A stretch of 64,000 nucleotides of DNA from Zancudomyces culisetae HAW-14-8. Its lineage: Eukaryota; Fungi; Kickxellomycota. The notes beneath the pieces are model-generated. The model was not told where the DNA came from, ran no database searches, and was given only the letters and a program-made list of their open reading frames with translations. Positions 1 through 12,010 of the stretch are shown here, piece after piece (the stretch's first letter is position 1; every line of letters starts with the position of its first letter). A program made the translations under genes and the position numbers. Location: assembly GCA_052426225.1 (NCBI GenBank), contig JBNJNM010000023.1, positions 930,001 to 994,000 of the forward strand. The letters are read 5' to 3'.

Positions 1-90
1 ACCTGCATCATTGTTGTTCATATTGATAAAACTCGCTGATGTAATACCACCAGCTGATACCAACAAACAATACCCGGTAATGATCTTCAT
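1..90 (-). CDS. Possible N-terminus of a secreted protein that runs off the left edge of the window
   Basis: ATG at 90 in an A-rich context (AAATAATG). The frame is open to the window edge: MKIITGYCLLVSAGGITSASFINMNNNDAG, which is signal-peptide-like. Only 30 codons are visible. Confidence 0.3.
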   Translation of the reverse strand, partial: MKIITGYCLLVSAGGITSASFINMNNNDAG

Positions 91-1420
91 TATTTGTTAT
101 TTGCTCTTTACACTTCTTTTTTATTGTGCGAATGTTATTCGATTGATGTTTATAAAATGTATGTATAAAATGCAAATCTGAATGATTTTATGAATGTATG
201 TAGAATATAGAATGTAGAATGTAAAATGTAATTGCAGATATGCTACTTGAAATATTGCAAATGAAACAATTGAAAAAGCTGTTGTATATGATAAACAACT
301 AAATTAAGGATGGGGGTTGTTGTTGGGTTTATATACTTGAGGGTTTAGTAAGTACATAATATCATGTTTTCAGATAGTGGTTAAAGTATGTTAGTATAAT
401 ACTTAATATTATTATTTGGTTATTAATGCTATTGTTTAGATATTAATGTTATTGTTTAGATATAATTTGAGGTGTTTGAACTGATGGCGGTGGTAAACAA
501 AGCTAAAGGATAATAGGTAGTAACTATTTAAAGTTGTAGATTACAGGTTGCAGATTACAGATTGGAGGAGTGGAAGATGGGAGTGGGAATGTTTATGGTG
601 GATGAAAAGTATTATAGGATATAAATTAACGGGGTGTTTGGTAGTTAAATGGACTATAAGATTGTAAAATTTAAGGAATATGAAGTATTGAAATATAGAT
701 AGAATATAGATTACCATTAATATCATTATTTTTTATCTATTTTTGCATTGTAATCAATGATAATTGGGGATGGGTGGATGGGGGACATTATAAAAAGGCT
801 TATATCAGTGTCGTGGAGGATTGAAAGGAGGGAAGGATATTATTTTATGCAAAGGAAAAAAGAAAAATAAATTTGTTTTGCCATGCCATGCCATGCCATT
901 ATATGCTATGCTATGCTAAATGGCTAATTTAGCATGAATCGTTAGATACATAAAAAAAAAAAGACAGATAACATATATATTCAAGCCACATAAAAGATTT
1001 GATCCACCATCATTTTAATCTTTAACCTTTAACCTTTAACCTTTAAATATATTTTTTGTTTCCACATTTATTGATGAGGTTAAATGGATGAATAAAGGAT
1101 GGTGGGAGGAGGGGGGGGGGAGGTTATTAAAGCAACAAATTGTAAAAGAGTAGAAAATTGTAAGGAAATAGAGGATTGGGTGATAAAAATTGATTTTAAT
1201 ACTGCATAGATTAGAGCTTCACTTCTACACTTACACTACATTTTACTGTACTGTACTGTAATACAATACACTACACTATACTATACTATACTGGACATGG
1301 GTTTTTTTTTTGTTGATTAAATCAAAGAAAAAAAAGAGTTTAATAATATTAATGATAATGATAATGAAAAAAACAAAAACAAAAACAAAAACAAAATAAT
1401 AATAATAATGTATAAAAGTT

Positions 1421-3466
1421 TTAGAGTTGATCAAGAGGTCTACCTAAATTATCAAGAGGTTTAGGTTTATAAATTCTGACAAGCAAGTTTTCAGAGGAAT
1501 AGACTTCTTCAAAATAGTCAAGAGAGACGGAGGAAGGGAGACGTTGGTTACGGGTACGATCGGCGCCATTGGGACCCATAACATCATGGAGTTTGAAGTA
1601 GGTGAATTTGTGCATGATGGACTGTTTCATTTTTTGGGTGGCAGAGTCGCCAATGGCGTACTGGCCAGAGGGGGTGTAGAAGAGGCCTTCTTGGAGGTCG
1701 TCGGGGTAGACGTTTTGGCCAATACGGATCATCCAGATGAACTTGTTGATGTCGTCGCCAGAGTAGCTGAGCATGCCGCCGTAGACGACGAGGGCGTAGT
1801 CGATGTCGAGGGAGGACATGATGGAGTGGGCGGAGCGTTCGTCGGAGGCGAGGATGCGGGCGACGGTGGCGATGTGGGTGTTGTTCCAGGTGTTGTTGTC
1901 GACCAAGGTGGTTCGGTCGGCAAAGCCAGCGAGTTGGTAGCCGTAGTCCCACCAGGACATGACTTTGGAATCGGGGTGGGAGTTTTTGCGTAGCCAGTAG
2001 TAGGCTTCACGGAAATCGTCGATGATGACGCGGTTGCCTTGGGCGTCGCGAGAGGCGAGGACGACGGAGGGGGAGGAGTAGGCGTTTGAGGTGACCCAGG
2101 TGGAGTGGAGTTGGAACATGGCGAGTAAGAAGATGAGGGAAGAGACAACAAAGGCTCTGGAGAAGGTAGAGATGTTGTTTCTGTTGATGGAGAGGTAGGT
2201 GCGGAAGATTTCAGACATGGCAATACCACTGAGAACACAGACGATGGGGGTGAGAGTGAGCATTAGACGGACCATGACGCCGGCAAAGTAGGAGGCAAAG
2301 ACGGCGTAGATTAGTAGGAAGATTTTGTGGTCGGTGAGAGATTGGAAGCAAAAGTAAATACCAGCAGGGAACAGCCAGACCAGAACGTTAAGATCCATGA
2401 AAAACATAGTCCATACGGTAGGTTGATGTTCAGAGACAGAAGCAATGATAGGAACATGGATGCGGGCATAGCCAGTATCCCACAGAGAATAGAAACGGCC
2501 GGCCCAGGGAGCGATTTTACCAGAGACAGTGAGGAAGAGCAAAGCAGCAAGGCCGAGCAATAGACCCAAAGCAATGATGGAGGTGGCAACAACACGTTGG
2601 GCGCGCTTGGTGGAGAGCAGGCCATTGACAAAGTGGGTGAAGGCAAAGAGTTGGATCAAGCCAAAGGTACCTAGAGCAGCCATATGTTCGCTGGTAAAAG
2701 TGGGTTGGAAACCGACAAAGGGAATCTGCATACTAGCAAGGGTGCCAAGGACATAGAAAGTACAATAGGCTACATAGAGGCCATTGGAGTAGTGGCCAAT
2801 GAGCAGCAATACAAATACATGGAGAGGGATCAAATTGATAATAAATACATAACCACCCCATGCAGAAACCATGTAGAAATACGACAGTGCAGTCAGTGCG
2901 CCGTAAAACATCGATCCTCGTTTGACTGCCTTTGTCCACAAATAAAAGGTAAAGACCAGCAAGAAGATTGCAATGCCTTCATTGTCATACGACCCGGCCA
3001 CCGAGCGCGAAATGTATCCGGGAGCAACACCCATAAACGCCGCCGCAAACAGTCCGGCAATAGAATCGCCTGCCACCTCGGTAGTCCACAGATACGTCGC
3101 CACGACCGTTGCGGCTGAAAAGACCGGTGCCAAAAACACGCAAACTTCGCGGATATCCACTGATAGATGCACCAGCTGTAGCAGCTTGTAGATAAGCCCC
3201 GAGGTTATCATGATTCCTGGGTACAATGTGCCGCCGACAACCCGGCCGAGCGGGTACCACGCCTTTTCATCAAACCAATTCCAGAATTCGTATGCTCCAT
3301 TCGTCACCAGGTACTTGGTTGTGCGGTAGTTGAACCATGGGTCGAATTCGTGGATTATGGATTCGAACCGGATTACCGAAAATAGTCGTGACCCGATCGC
3401 TACTATTGATATCAGTGCCAAGATTGCAAGTTTGAGCAGTTTGCTCTGTTTCTCTGCTCCCGACAT
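1421..3466 (-). CDS. STT3: Oligosaccharyltransferase catalytic subunit STT3 (intronless, 681 aa)
   Basis: IHEFDPWFNYR, GSYDNE, SVSEHQP, WWDYG, DNNTWNN and DINKFIWM motifs; multi-pass TM N-terminal half. Confidence 0.98.
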   Translation of the reverse strand: MSGAEKQSKLLKLAILALISIVAIGSRLFSVIRFESIIHEFDPWFNYRTTKYLVTNGAYEFWNWFDEKAWYPLGRVVGGTLYPGIMITSGLIYKLLQLVHLSVDIREVCVFLAPVFSAATVVATYLWTTEVAGDSIAGLFAAAFMGVAPGYISRSVAGSYDNEGIAIFLLVFTFYLWTKAVKRGSMFYGALTALSYFYMVSAWGGYVFIINLIPLHVFVLLLIGHYSNGLYVAYCTFYVLGTLASMQIPFVGFQPTFTSEHMAALGTFGLIQLFAFTHFVNGLLSTKRAQRVVATSIIALGLLLGLAALLFLTVSGKIAPWAGRFYSLWDTGYARIHVPIIASVSEHQPTVWTMFFMDLNVLVWLFPAGIYFCFQSLTDHKIFLLIYAVFASYFAGVMVRLMLTLTPIVCVLSGIAMSEIFRTYLSINRNNISTFSRAFVVSSLIFLLAMFQLHSTWVTSNAYSSPSVVLASRDAQGNRVIIDDFREAYYWLRKNSHPDSKVMSWWDYGYQLAGFADRTTLVDNNTWNNTHIATVARILASDERSAHSIMSSLDIDYALVVYGGMLSYSGDDINKFIWMIRIGQNVYPDDLQEGLFYTPSGQYAIGDSATQKMKQSIMHKFTYFKLHDVMGPNGADRTRNQRLPSSVSLDYFEEVYSSENLLVRIYKPKPLDNLGRPLDQL

Positions 3467-3827
3467 TTTATTTTTATTTGTCTTTTTATCTTTCGTCTTT
3501 TTCGTCTTTTTGTTTAATTATTATAAAAGAAAAATATAAAGTAAAATTTTGTATTCAAAAATAAAACATTATAAAATTAATACGGAGTTTATTCTGTTTT
3601 ACTTTATTTTATTTTATTTTTTTTAAGGAAAATAAAATAAAATAAAAAATAAAAAAAGTGATGAAAATAAATATTAATAAACAAATTGACAAATGAAATA
3701 TTGACATACCATTTATAACAAAGATTTAAATGTAATACATTTTAAAATTAGATTTTATTCACTTGTATAACTAATTAAAAAAGTAATGAAAAAGTAGAAG
3801 AAAAAGATTACAAAATTAAGAAATAGT

Positions 3828-5552
3828 TTATGAATCATCAGGTTTCATTGCAGGGAAAAGAATCACTTCCTTGATATTCTGAGAATCAGTTAGAAGCATA
3901 GTAATGCGTTCCATACCCATTCCCCAACCACCAGTAGGAGGCAGACCGTATTCAAGAGCATGGATATAGCCCTCGTCAATAGGCTGAGCCTCGTCATCCC
4001 CAGCATCACGGTCAGCAGACTGAGCCTCGAAGCAGGAGCGCTGGACCTTTGGGTCGTTGAGTTCGGTATAGGCATTGACGACTTCCTTGGTGGCAATAAA
4101 CATTTCAAAACGTTCAGAAAGACCAGGGATGGAGCGATGGTATTTGGCAAGAGGAGACATCATTTGAGGAGTGTTGATAATGAAGGTAGGATTGATGCAG
4201 GTTGGTTCGAGGAATTCAGAAACCAATTTGTCAAGGAGACGAGAGTTTGTACGAGGATGAGCACAGTCAATGTTGTGGGCAATGCAGAGGTTGGAAAGGA
4301 TGGTGTTGGCTTCAGGAGTGTGGAGTTGGGAAGGATCGGGGAGAGTAGTGTTTAGGACAGACTCGAGATCCTTGATCATGTCGATGCGGCGGAAAGGAGG
4401 AGTAAAGTCGAGGGTGACGGGCTCGTTGTCGTGGCCATTCATGTGGTAAGGGACTTTGTAGGTACCAAACAAATCCATAACCATTCCAGAAAGCATTTTT
4501 TCGGTGAGCTCAATGAGGTCGTTGTAGTCGGCGTAGGCCATGTAGAATTCAGTGGTGGTGAATTCAGGATTGTGAGTCAAGTCAATTGATTCGTTTCTAA
4601 ATTGTCGACCAATTTCATACACTCGGTCCAATCCTCCAACAACCAATTCCTTCAAAAACAGCTCTGGTGCAACACGCATGAACATATCCATTTTCAAATC
4701 GTTGTGGTGTGTAACAAATGGCTTGGCTGTTGCGCCTCCTGCCAGCGTGTTCATCATTGGTGTCTCGACTTCCAAGAACCCAAGTGAGTCCATAAACCGC
4801 CGGATATAGTTTGTGATTTTTGCCTTGGTCACAAACGTTGTGCGCACGTTTGGATTCATCAACAGATCCAAGTATCTCTGTCTATACCGTGTCTCTTGAT
4901 CCTTCAATCCGTAGAATCCTGTTGGAATTGTTCGCAGACATGGTGAAAGAAGAACCAGGTCGCGTGGGAATATTGACAGCTCGCCCTTCTTCGACTTGCC
5001 TGGGTATCCTCGCACTCCCACTATGTCTCCTCTCCTCAAGTGCTCATGCACTTCTCCAAAATCTCTTTCTGAATCTTGTGCCTGTGCCATAATCTGGATC
5101 TTCACTCCCTCTCCATGTAAATCGTAAAATCGAAGCTTCGACCCCGACACCCGAATGTTATATACTCTCCCTGCAACACTCACCTCCTCACTAGTCAGGT
5201 GCTCTCCTTCCTTCAAATCCTTGTATCGCTTAATAAACTCATTCAACGACACTGTCACTTTATACTTGTGTGGGTATGGATTTGGTCCATCCTTTCGCAT
5301 CTTCTCCACTGCCCGTGTACGCAGCTCATAGTACTGGCTTGGTGTCAACTCGGACTCTTCCTCTCCGTTACTTTGGCTCTTGCTCTTGTTTGCTGCCTTG
5401 GCTTGTGGTGGTGCTGCCGCTGCTTTTTCTTGCTTCTTGGCTTCCTTCTCCCGGCTCTTTATTCGCCGTTTCAACTCACTCTTCGATACCTTTTCTCCGG
5501 TAACTTCGTCCAAATATAGTTTCTCCACTGCTTGTACTAACCCTTCTGTCAT
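3828..5552 (-). CDS. KRS1: Cytosolic lysyl-tRNA synthetase (class II), 574 aa
   Basis: Eukaryotic N-terminal extension (SKSELKRR), OB-fold anticodon domain, RYRQRYLDL, motif 2 [12 protein letters not shown] and motif 3 [11 protein letters not shown]. Confidence 0.98.
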   Translation of the reverse strand: MTEGLVQAVEKLYLDEVTGEKVSKSELKRRIKSREKEAKKQEKAAAAPPQAKAANKSKSQSNGEEESELTPSQYYELRTRAVEKMRKDGPNPYPHKYKVTVSLNEFIKRYKDLKEGEHLTSEEVSVAGRVYNIRVSGSKLRFYDLHGEGVKIQIMAQAQDSERDFGEVHEHLRRGDIVGVRGYPGKSKKGELSIFPRDLVLLSPCLRTIPTGFYGLKDQETRYRQRYLDLLMNPNVRTTFVTKAKITNYIRRFMDSLGFLEVETPMMNTLAGGATAKPFVTHHNDLKMDMFMRVAPELFLKELVVGGLDRVYEIGRQFRNESIDLTHNPEFTTTEFYMAYADYNDLIELTEKMLSGMVMDLFGTYKVPYHMNGHDNEPVTLDFTPPFRRIDMIKDLESVLNTTLPDPSQLHTPEANTILSNLCIAHNIDCAHPRTNSRLLDKLVSEFLEPTCINPTFIINTPQMMSPLAKYHRSIPGLSERFEMFIATKEVVNAYTELNDPKVQRSCFEAQSADRDAGDDEAQPIDEGYIHALEYGLPPTGGWGMGMERITMLLTDSQNIKEVILFPAMKPDDS

Positions 5553-7322
5553 TTTTTCTCTTTTTTTCTTTTTTCCTCTTTTCTTTTCTTTTCTTTTCTT
5601 TCTTTTACTTTTTATCTTTTCTATTATTTAATAGTTTTTTTTTATTATTATTTCAAACAGGAAGATGGGGGGGGTAAGGGTAATGGTAGACTTTTTTTTT
5701 TCTTTATTTCTTTTTTTCTTTCTTTTTTATTGTACTTTTTATCGAAATGTTTAAAAAAAAAATTTTTTTTTACTTTTACTTTTACTTTTACTTTTAATAA
5801 TACAAATTAAAAATTATTAATTAGACTGGATGAAAAAAAAAAAAATTCTAGTTTATTTATATTTGAAATGACAAACTTAGTATTGCCTTGCCTTGTCATT
5901 TCTTTTTCTTTTTTCAAGTTTTAATTAAATTAGAAAGAAAATTAGGAATGGATCAAATTGTAAATAAAAATAAAATAGTATAGGATAGGATAGGATAGGA
6001 TGGAGCGGGGTAGTAGAGGTTGGAGGTTGGAAATGGGGTATTGGAATACCAAAGGGTGTGAGAATGTATAAATAAAAAACTACAAGTAAATCTCTAAAAT
6101 AAGACCACCACCACCCCCCTCTTTTTTTTTTCTACCTTGCCGATCTCTTTTATTTCATTCTGTTTTGTTTTTGTAAATGCAAATGTTGTTGTTGTTGTTG
6201 TTATTGTTGTTATTGTTGTTATTGTTGTTGTGTTGGTCCCATTAAATCTTTTAATTTTTGTTTAAACAAATAGGGTAATTATAAAATAAAAATAAAAAAA
6301 TTTTATTTTTTAATTTTTGCAAATTCAAATTCATAACTAGCGAATAAATATCAATAAATGATTCATTAAAACCAACCCTCTCCTTAACCAAGTTTGGTGT
6401 CTAGATGATTATTGATTTAAATCATCCCTACCCCTCCTCCTTCCTCTTCCTCTTTTCTCCTTGCCAACCACCATTTTGGTTTTTTTTTTTTGGTTTTTTC
6501 AGTTTTTTTCTTTTTCTTTTTCATTTCTTTTCCCCTAAAGATTGTACACGACTTTATATTTCGATCAGTGTTTATAAACTGTACATTATTGTACTGTATA
6601 GTACTGTATTGTACTATATTACATTAATAGTATATTATTGCTGAATTATATTGTAAATGTTTTATTTTCTCACACATGGTCCTTAAATCACAATCGTTCC
6701 AAAAAAAAAAACAAAAAACAAATGCAATATAAACCCTTTTTTATTTTTGTCTATTTTTATGCTTATTTTTATTTTTTACGTGTTTAGATATTAAACCTCT
6801 ATAACATCCTTCCTATCAATTACCCGTTATCCCGAACTTTTTGTTTTTTTATTTTTTTTTTCTTACTATTTCTTTTTACCATAATCAACATCAATATCAT
6901 TACCATTTACCATTACCGTTAACTTTGCTATTATTAACTAGTTAAAGATATTGATACATATTTAAACAAGATTTCTTTTACAAACATTTATACAATCTTG
7001 GCATCATTTACTCCCATAATAATACTCGTTAGAACAACCTCTCCCCTTGACTTTATTTTCTTTTTCTCTTACAATTATTCTCTTGTCTTGTATGCCTTTA
7101 AATTTTTTTAAAATAAATTAAAACATGGGAAAAAGAAACTCGGGGTTTATCAATAAATAAAATCCAATACTTTTCAAGGTAAATATGTAAATATGTATAT
7201 ATATTAAATGTGTGTATATAAAAGTGCAACAAATAATATATATTTGATTCTACAAAATCAACTTCTATACTATAAAATGTAGTTTGTTTTTTTTTTGTTT
7301 TTTTTCTTTTGGTTTTTTTATT

Positions 7323-8821
7323 TTACAATACGTAAAATTTAATCAACTCATCACCAACCGCATTTGGTGTAAAAATGCCCAAATCAGTAATCAAATATGT
7401 TACATACTGCGGTGGTGTATAATCAACATTTGCACTATTGGACTCAAGCAACTTTTCATAGTCAATTTTTGACTCTATAGCCTTTTCAGAACTATGGTCA
7501 TGAACATCAGCATCAGCATCACTATCATTGCCATTGTCGTTATCATCATCATCACTACCACAATTACAAATAGATGACTGTTGATAAATCGATGAATCCA
7601 TCGTGTTTTTAAACGTCGTTGGGAAATCGTACTGGTTCAGTGGATACAGTCGATGGAATTTATAGCTAAATTTGATTTTTGTTGATTTCATCAGTTTTAG
7701 TTTGTACAGCAATTACAATTACAATTACAATTACAATTCTATAAACACAAAAGTAATAAAAGTAACAAGATTCTTTTACCTTTCCACCAATGCATAAACC
7801 GGTTTGTTATGTGCCTTTGCTATTATCGCCATTTGATATGTTCCTATCTTATTAATCAACCCACCGTTTTCTACAACAACCTCTGCTCCAACCAACACTA
7901 TATCCACCTTCTCAATAATAAACCCAACTGCCGAATCCAAAATCACCTGACATGGAATACCCAACGCCGCCAACTCGCGAGCAGTCTTGTACCCACTCGA
8001 ATCTGGCCGCGATTCCGTCACATACACACTAAACCGCTTACTACGAAACCTGGCGGCTTCTTTTAAAACACTCATCACCACTCGCGAATACGAATGTACA
8101 AGTATAACCATGTTGTCTCGAATACATTCCCGGCCGGCATATGAAATGAGTTCCCGACATTCTATCGATTTCTGTACAAATTCATTGGTGCTATTCAGTA
8201 ATTCCTGTTTGAAATCAGTAAAGTTTTTCACGCCATATTGACTCTTGATGCTCAATTGCTGTAAAAATAGTTGGCAGCCCGCATGACATGCTATCGAGGT
8301 TTGATTTTCTGAAATCAATTTATCGCACGCTTGTTTTGTTGATACTAGAAATTCCGATAATGTCGTTGCTAATTAAAAAAAAATATAGATTAATTTAGCT
8401 TACAATTTACAATTACAAGTATGAAAAAAACACAAGTGTTTATAAACTATTTAAAATCTAGTACTCACCTTGAACGGTTTTAATATGCTCCAGCATGGTA
8501 TATACCACAGCTATTGGTTGTGGCAATTCCTAATATATATATATATGTATACATGTAGATTGATTTTTTTAATCATGGTAACCCTCCCCCCTCTATATGT
8601 TTAAAAAATAAAATAAAAACAAAAGTATAAAAAGTGTATTCATAATCTCAATGTTACCTTGTTTTCATTGAGCAAATTTGCATAATGTTTTACTGGATCA
8701 AATTCCACTACATGATTTTAATAATTACAAGTACTGGGTAAGATAAAGGCAAGCAAATCTAAAATTGTAATTTATAAAGTGGTGCAAAAAAGCATTTTTA
8801 TAATAAAAAAGAGGACTTACT
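7323..8821 (-). CDS. GCN3: Translation initiation factor eIF2B alpha subunit; predicted join(8821,8707-8658,8529-8469,8368-7780,7665-7323), 347 aa
   Basis: ILVHSYSRVV, VYVTESRP, VGAEVVVENGGLINKIGT, ESYKFHRLYPLNQ and VDYTPPQYVTYLITDLGIFTP motifs. Four GT-AG introns join the pieces in frame, giving the N-terminus MEFDPVKHYANLLNENKELPQPIAVV. Confidence 0.92.
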
Positions 8822-9637
8822 TTTATAAATGTATTAGTATACAAATAGATCGATTGAAACCGAGTCGAAAGGTATGTAAAAAAATTATAATGTAATGGAA
8901 TTTATAGACTTTTTCACTCTGGTTCTGTATTGAAGCAAAGATATATAAACAATATAATATAAAGAATTTTTTTATTTTTTTACAAAAATGTTGAAATACA
9001 ATTTTTATACATTGGTTTGAGTTAATCAATAGCTTTTTATTTTGTATTTTTTTATTTTATTTGTTTTTTTTTATTTAGTGATACAAGATGATTTTGCTTG
9101 TTTGTAAAATATATTAAAAACATTATAAAAAAAACAAATTAGGTAAATTAAATTGAATACCAGCAATATCTAATGTATTTCTATTTCTTGTGATTTTTCT
9201 GTTTTGCCAGTACAACTTTAATAAATATATACTTTGTATATGAATTGCTATAATTTGTATTTTGAATTTGTTGAATCCATTCTCTCTCCTTTATTGAAAA
9301 AAAATAGGGAAGAAACGGAGAAAGGAAACGGAAAAGGAAACGGAAAAGGGAAAGAAAAAGGGATAAAACTGTAGAATATAAAGCACGATGCGAACAAAAC
9401 CAAGGTTTTTACAAGTACATTACCATAGGTTTCCGCTAGGTTATAGAAGGTATTTCTTTTTTCTTTTTTTCTTTTTCTCACTCACTCTCTCTCTTTCTTT
9501 CTTTTTTTCTATTTTGACAAAGTTATTCCCATTACGCTCATTTCTATAGTTATTAACATTGTCATTATTGTTTTAAAATTTAAATATAAAATAGCAAGGC
9601 GGATAATAGCAAAGTACTGGAATCAAGCGATCCAACC

Positions 9638-11602
9638 ATGTTTTTGAATCCACATAGCATGCAAAAACTATATCATGAACCGCCAGAAGGTCTATTTGAT
9701 TCGGAATATCTTTTAAACAAGGAATATATTTTAAAAGCGGCCAACATACCAACCTTGTTTGAACCTTTATCCACAACCCAACCGACAATTCTTCAAAATA
9801 GTCAACCTCAAGATCAAGATAAAAAGAGGACTAGGGTGAGTAACTGCAATGAGGATAATATAGTTGGTACAAAGGGAAATGTGGTGAATACAAAGGAACA
9901 TGTTGCGATTTTGACCAAAAAATCGATATTGTATTTTATTTCCAACACGGGGTATTGGATAATGTTAGATGTAAGACTGGGACTTGGACAGGATCAGGAG
10001 TGCTGTTGCTTTGAGATTTTTGAGAACCGACCCAATGAGTTAATTGTCGTGGTTGCAGTTATAGTAAGTCTAATCAAAAGTCAAGTTTATTTTTATTTTA
10101 TTTTAACTTTTGTTTTTGTTTTTGGTTTTGTTTTTTCAATGAAACATATTCAAGATCGAAATATTAATGAACCAAAGAATATATTTGTAATGGGAGGTAA
10201 TGTTTGGTTAAAATAGGATGAAAATACTCAAGCGATTGAATTATATGTATTTGGAAATGAAAATTTACAAGCTTTTGTTGTAGAAAGAGTAGATGCAGAT
10301 TTAGAGTCGGGATCGAAACCAGAAACAAGTTCCAAGACTTTAAATGCAATAACAATGACACAACCTACGCGAATTGATGAAAAAGAAAAAAAAGACGACG
10401 GTAATATCAATGATGATATCGATAGGTATAAAAGAACTAGTAATAGTAATAGTGGTAAAGGAATAAACAAATGGCCATACTTGGAACAGAAACTGTTCAA
10501 CATTAATGTGGAGAATATTGGGAGTTATAAAAAGATAAAGCTGCCGGATGGAATAGTTCCTACGAACATAGAAAGGATTGATAAGAACTATTCAAGAGTA
10601 CTAACAAGCGAGTTGGTGAATAGAGAAGTGGAAGGGGAAGAAGAATATGTAGACTTGATGATTACATCAAACAACCAGCAGAGTATGATTTATAGAGTAT
10701 ATAGTAATGGGATATATTTGATACATGGAAACCAAAATGAAACGACAAATAATATGGGAAATGATAATAAAATGGAAAACCAAGAAAATAATATAGTTGA
10801 AAAAGTTTACAACTTTAAAAATGTTGGTGGTGGTGTTGGTGATGATGGCAATGAGTTTAACAATAATAACAATAATAATAATAGTGGTAGTGGTAGTGGT
10901 AGTGGTAGTGGTAGTAATCTTGGAGTGGTAGTAAAAGTAGAAAATCCTCAAGGAAGAATAAGCATTAATGTATATTCCTACAATCCTGATAAAAGTAATA
11001 ATGAGCCGGTGAGTAAAGAGATTTTAAAAGATAGTTACGAGTTCAAACAAAGAATCAACCACGTCTATGTCTATGCCAGTAAAGGTATCAATTTGGTAAC
11101 AAGCATAGAGAAGTATCCGATATTTGTTATTCATGATATTGAAGTAATGGGACTTTTACCTGTTGATTACAACGAACCAGTCGAAATACCCGAACCAAAA
11201 AACACGAAAAACACAAAAAACACAAAAAAGTTGGTCGGAGGTTGCTATTCTCTAGACTTTGAAGAGTTGGGAATGTCTGAAACATATGGACAAATATCAT
11301 GTATAAGCAAACTCTCAAATTCAAATCCAAATTCAAATTCAAAGGATACCATCATATTTGGAACTCACTCGGGATTTTTATTAATCTACAAATATATCAA
11401 AGACAAAAACAACGACAAGCACCACTACGCACTGGTCTACAAACGCCTGTTCAAATCAAACATCTACAAAATACTCAGCGTAGATATTAACTTGGACGGT
11501 GTCGCCGAATTGCTAGTTGTCACGCTGTGTGGCGTGTATGTTCTTCAACCAAATCTGTACTCTGCCAAGCTAGATTTCTTTGAATCAATTCTTTTTACTT
11601 GA
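9638..11602 (+). CDS. KPTN: Kaptin (KPTN/KICSTOR subunit)-like beta-propeller protein; predicted join(9638-10063,10217-11602), 603 aa
   Basis: Phase-0 intron GTAAGT(10064)..TAG(10216) joins two ORF-track ORFs. The C-terminus IIFGTHSGFLLIYKY...LVYKRLFKSNIYKILSVDINLDGVAELLVVTLCGVYVLQPNL resembles the kaptin C-terminal FG-GAP-like DxxxDGxxEL segment (recognised from memory). Confidence 0.7.
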
Positions 11603-11952
11603 TGTTTAGGTTTGGATTAATGTTTGGTGTCATGTGACCAACCATTGGCATTCCCATTCCACTAACATTTGGTGTGTTGGCATTTGGATGTTGGCCTTGC
11701 TGTTGCTGTTGCTGTTGTTGTTGCTGTTGCTGCTGTTGCTGCTGTTGTTGTTGTTGTTGTTGTTGTTGCTGGTTAAGCATTTGTTGTTGAACAGCGGCTG
11801 CAGCAACGGCAGCAGCGACCATGGAATTTTGTTGCATTGGACCAACACCCAGTCCAGGCATCCCCATTCCCATATTAAGCCCCATATTAAGTCCCATATT
11901 GAGGCCCATATTAAGCCCCATCCCCATACCAGGCGTTCCTGTAGACGAGGTT

Positions 11953-12010
<58 letters not shown>

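Noticed and set aside
1019-1046. (TTTAACC)n telomere-like repeat
   Set aside because: Only 3-4 units, among many similar short microsatellites.
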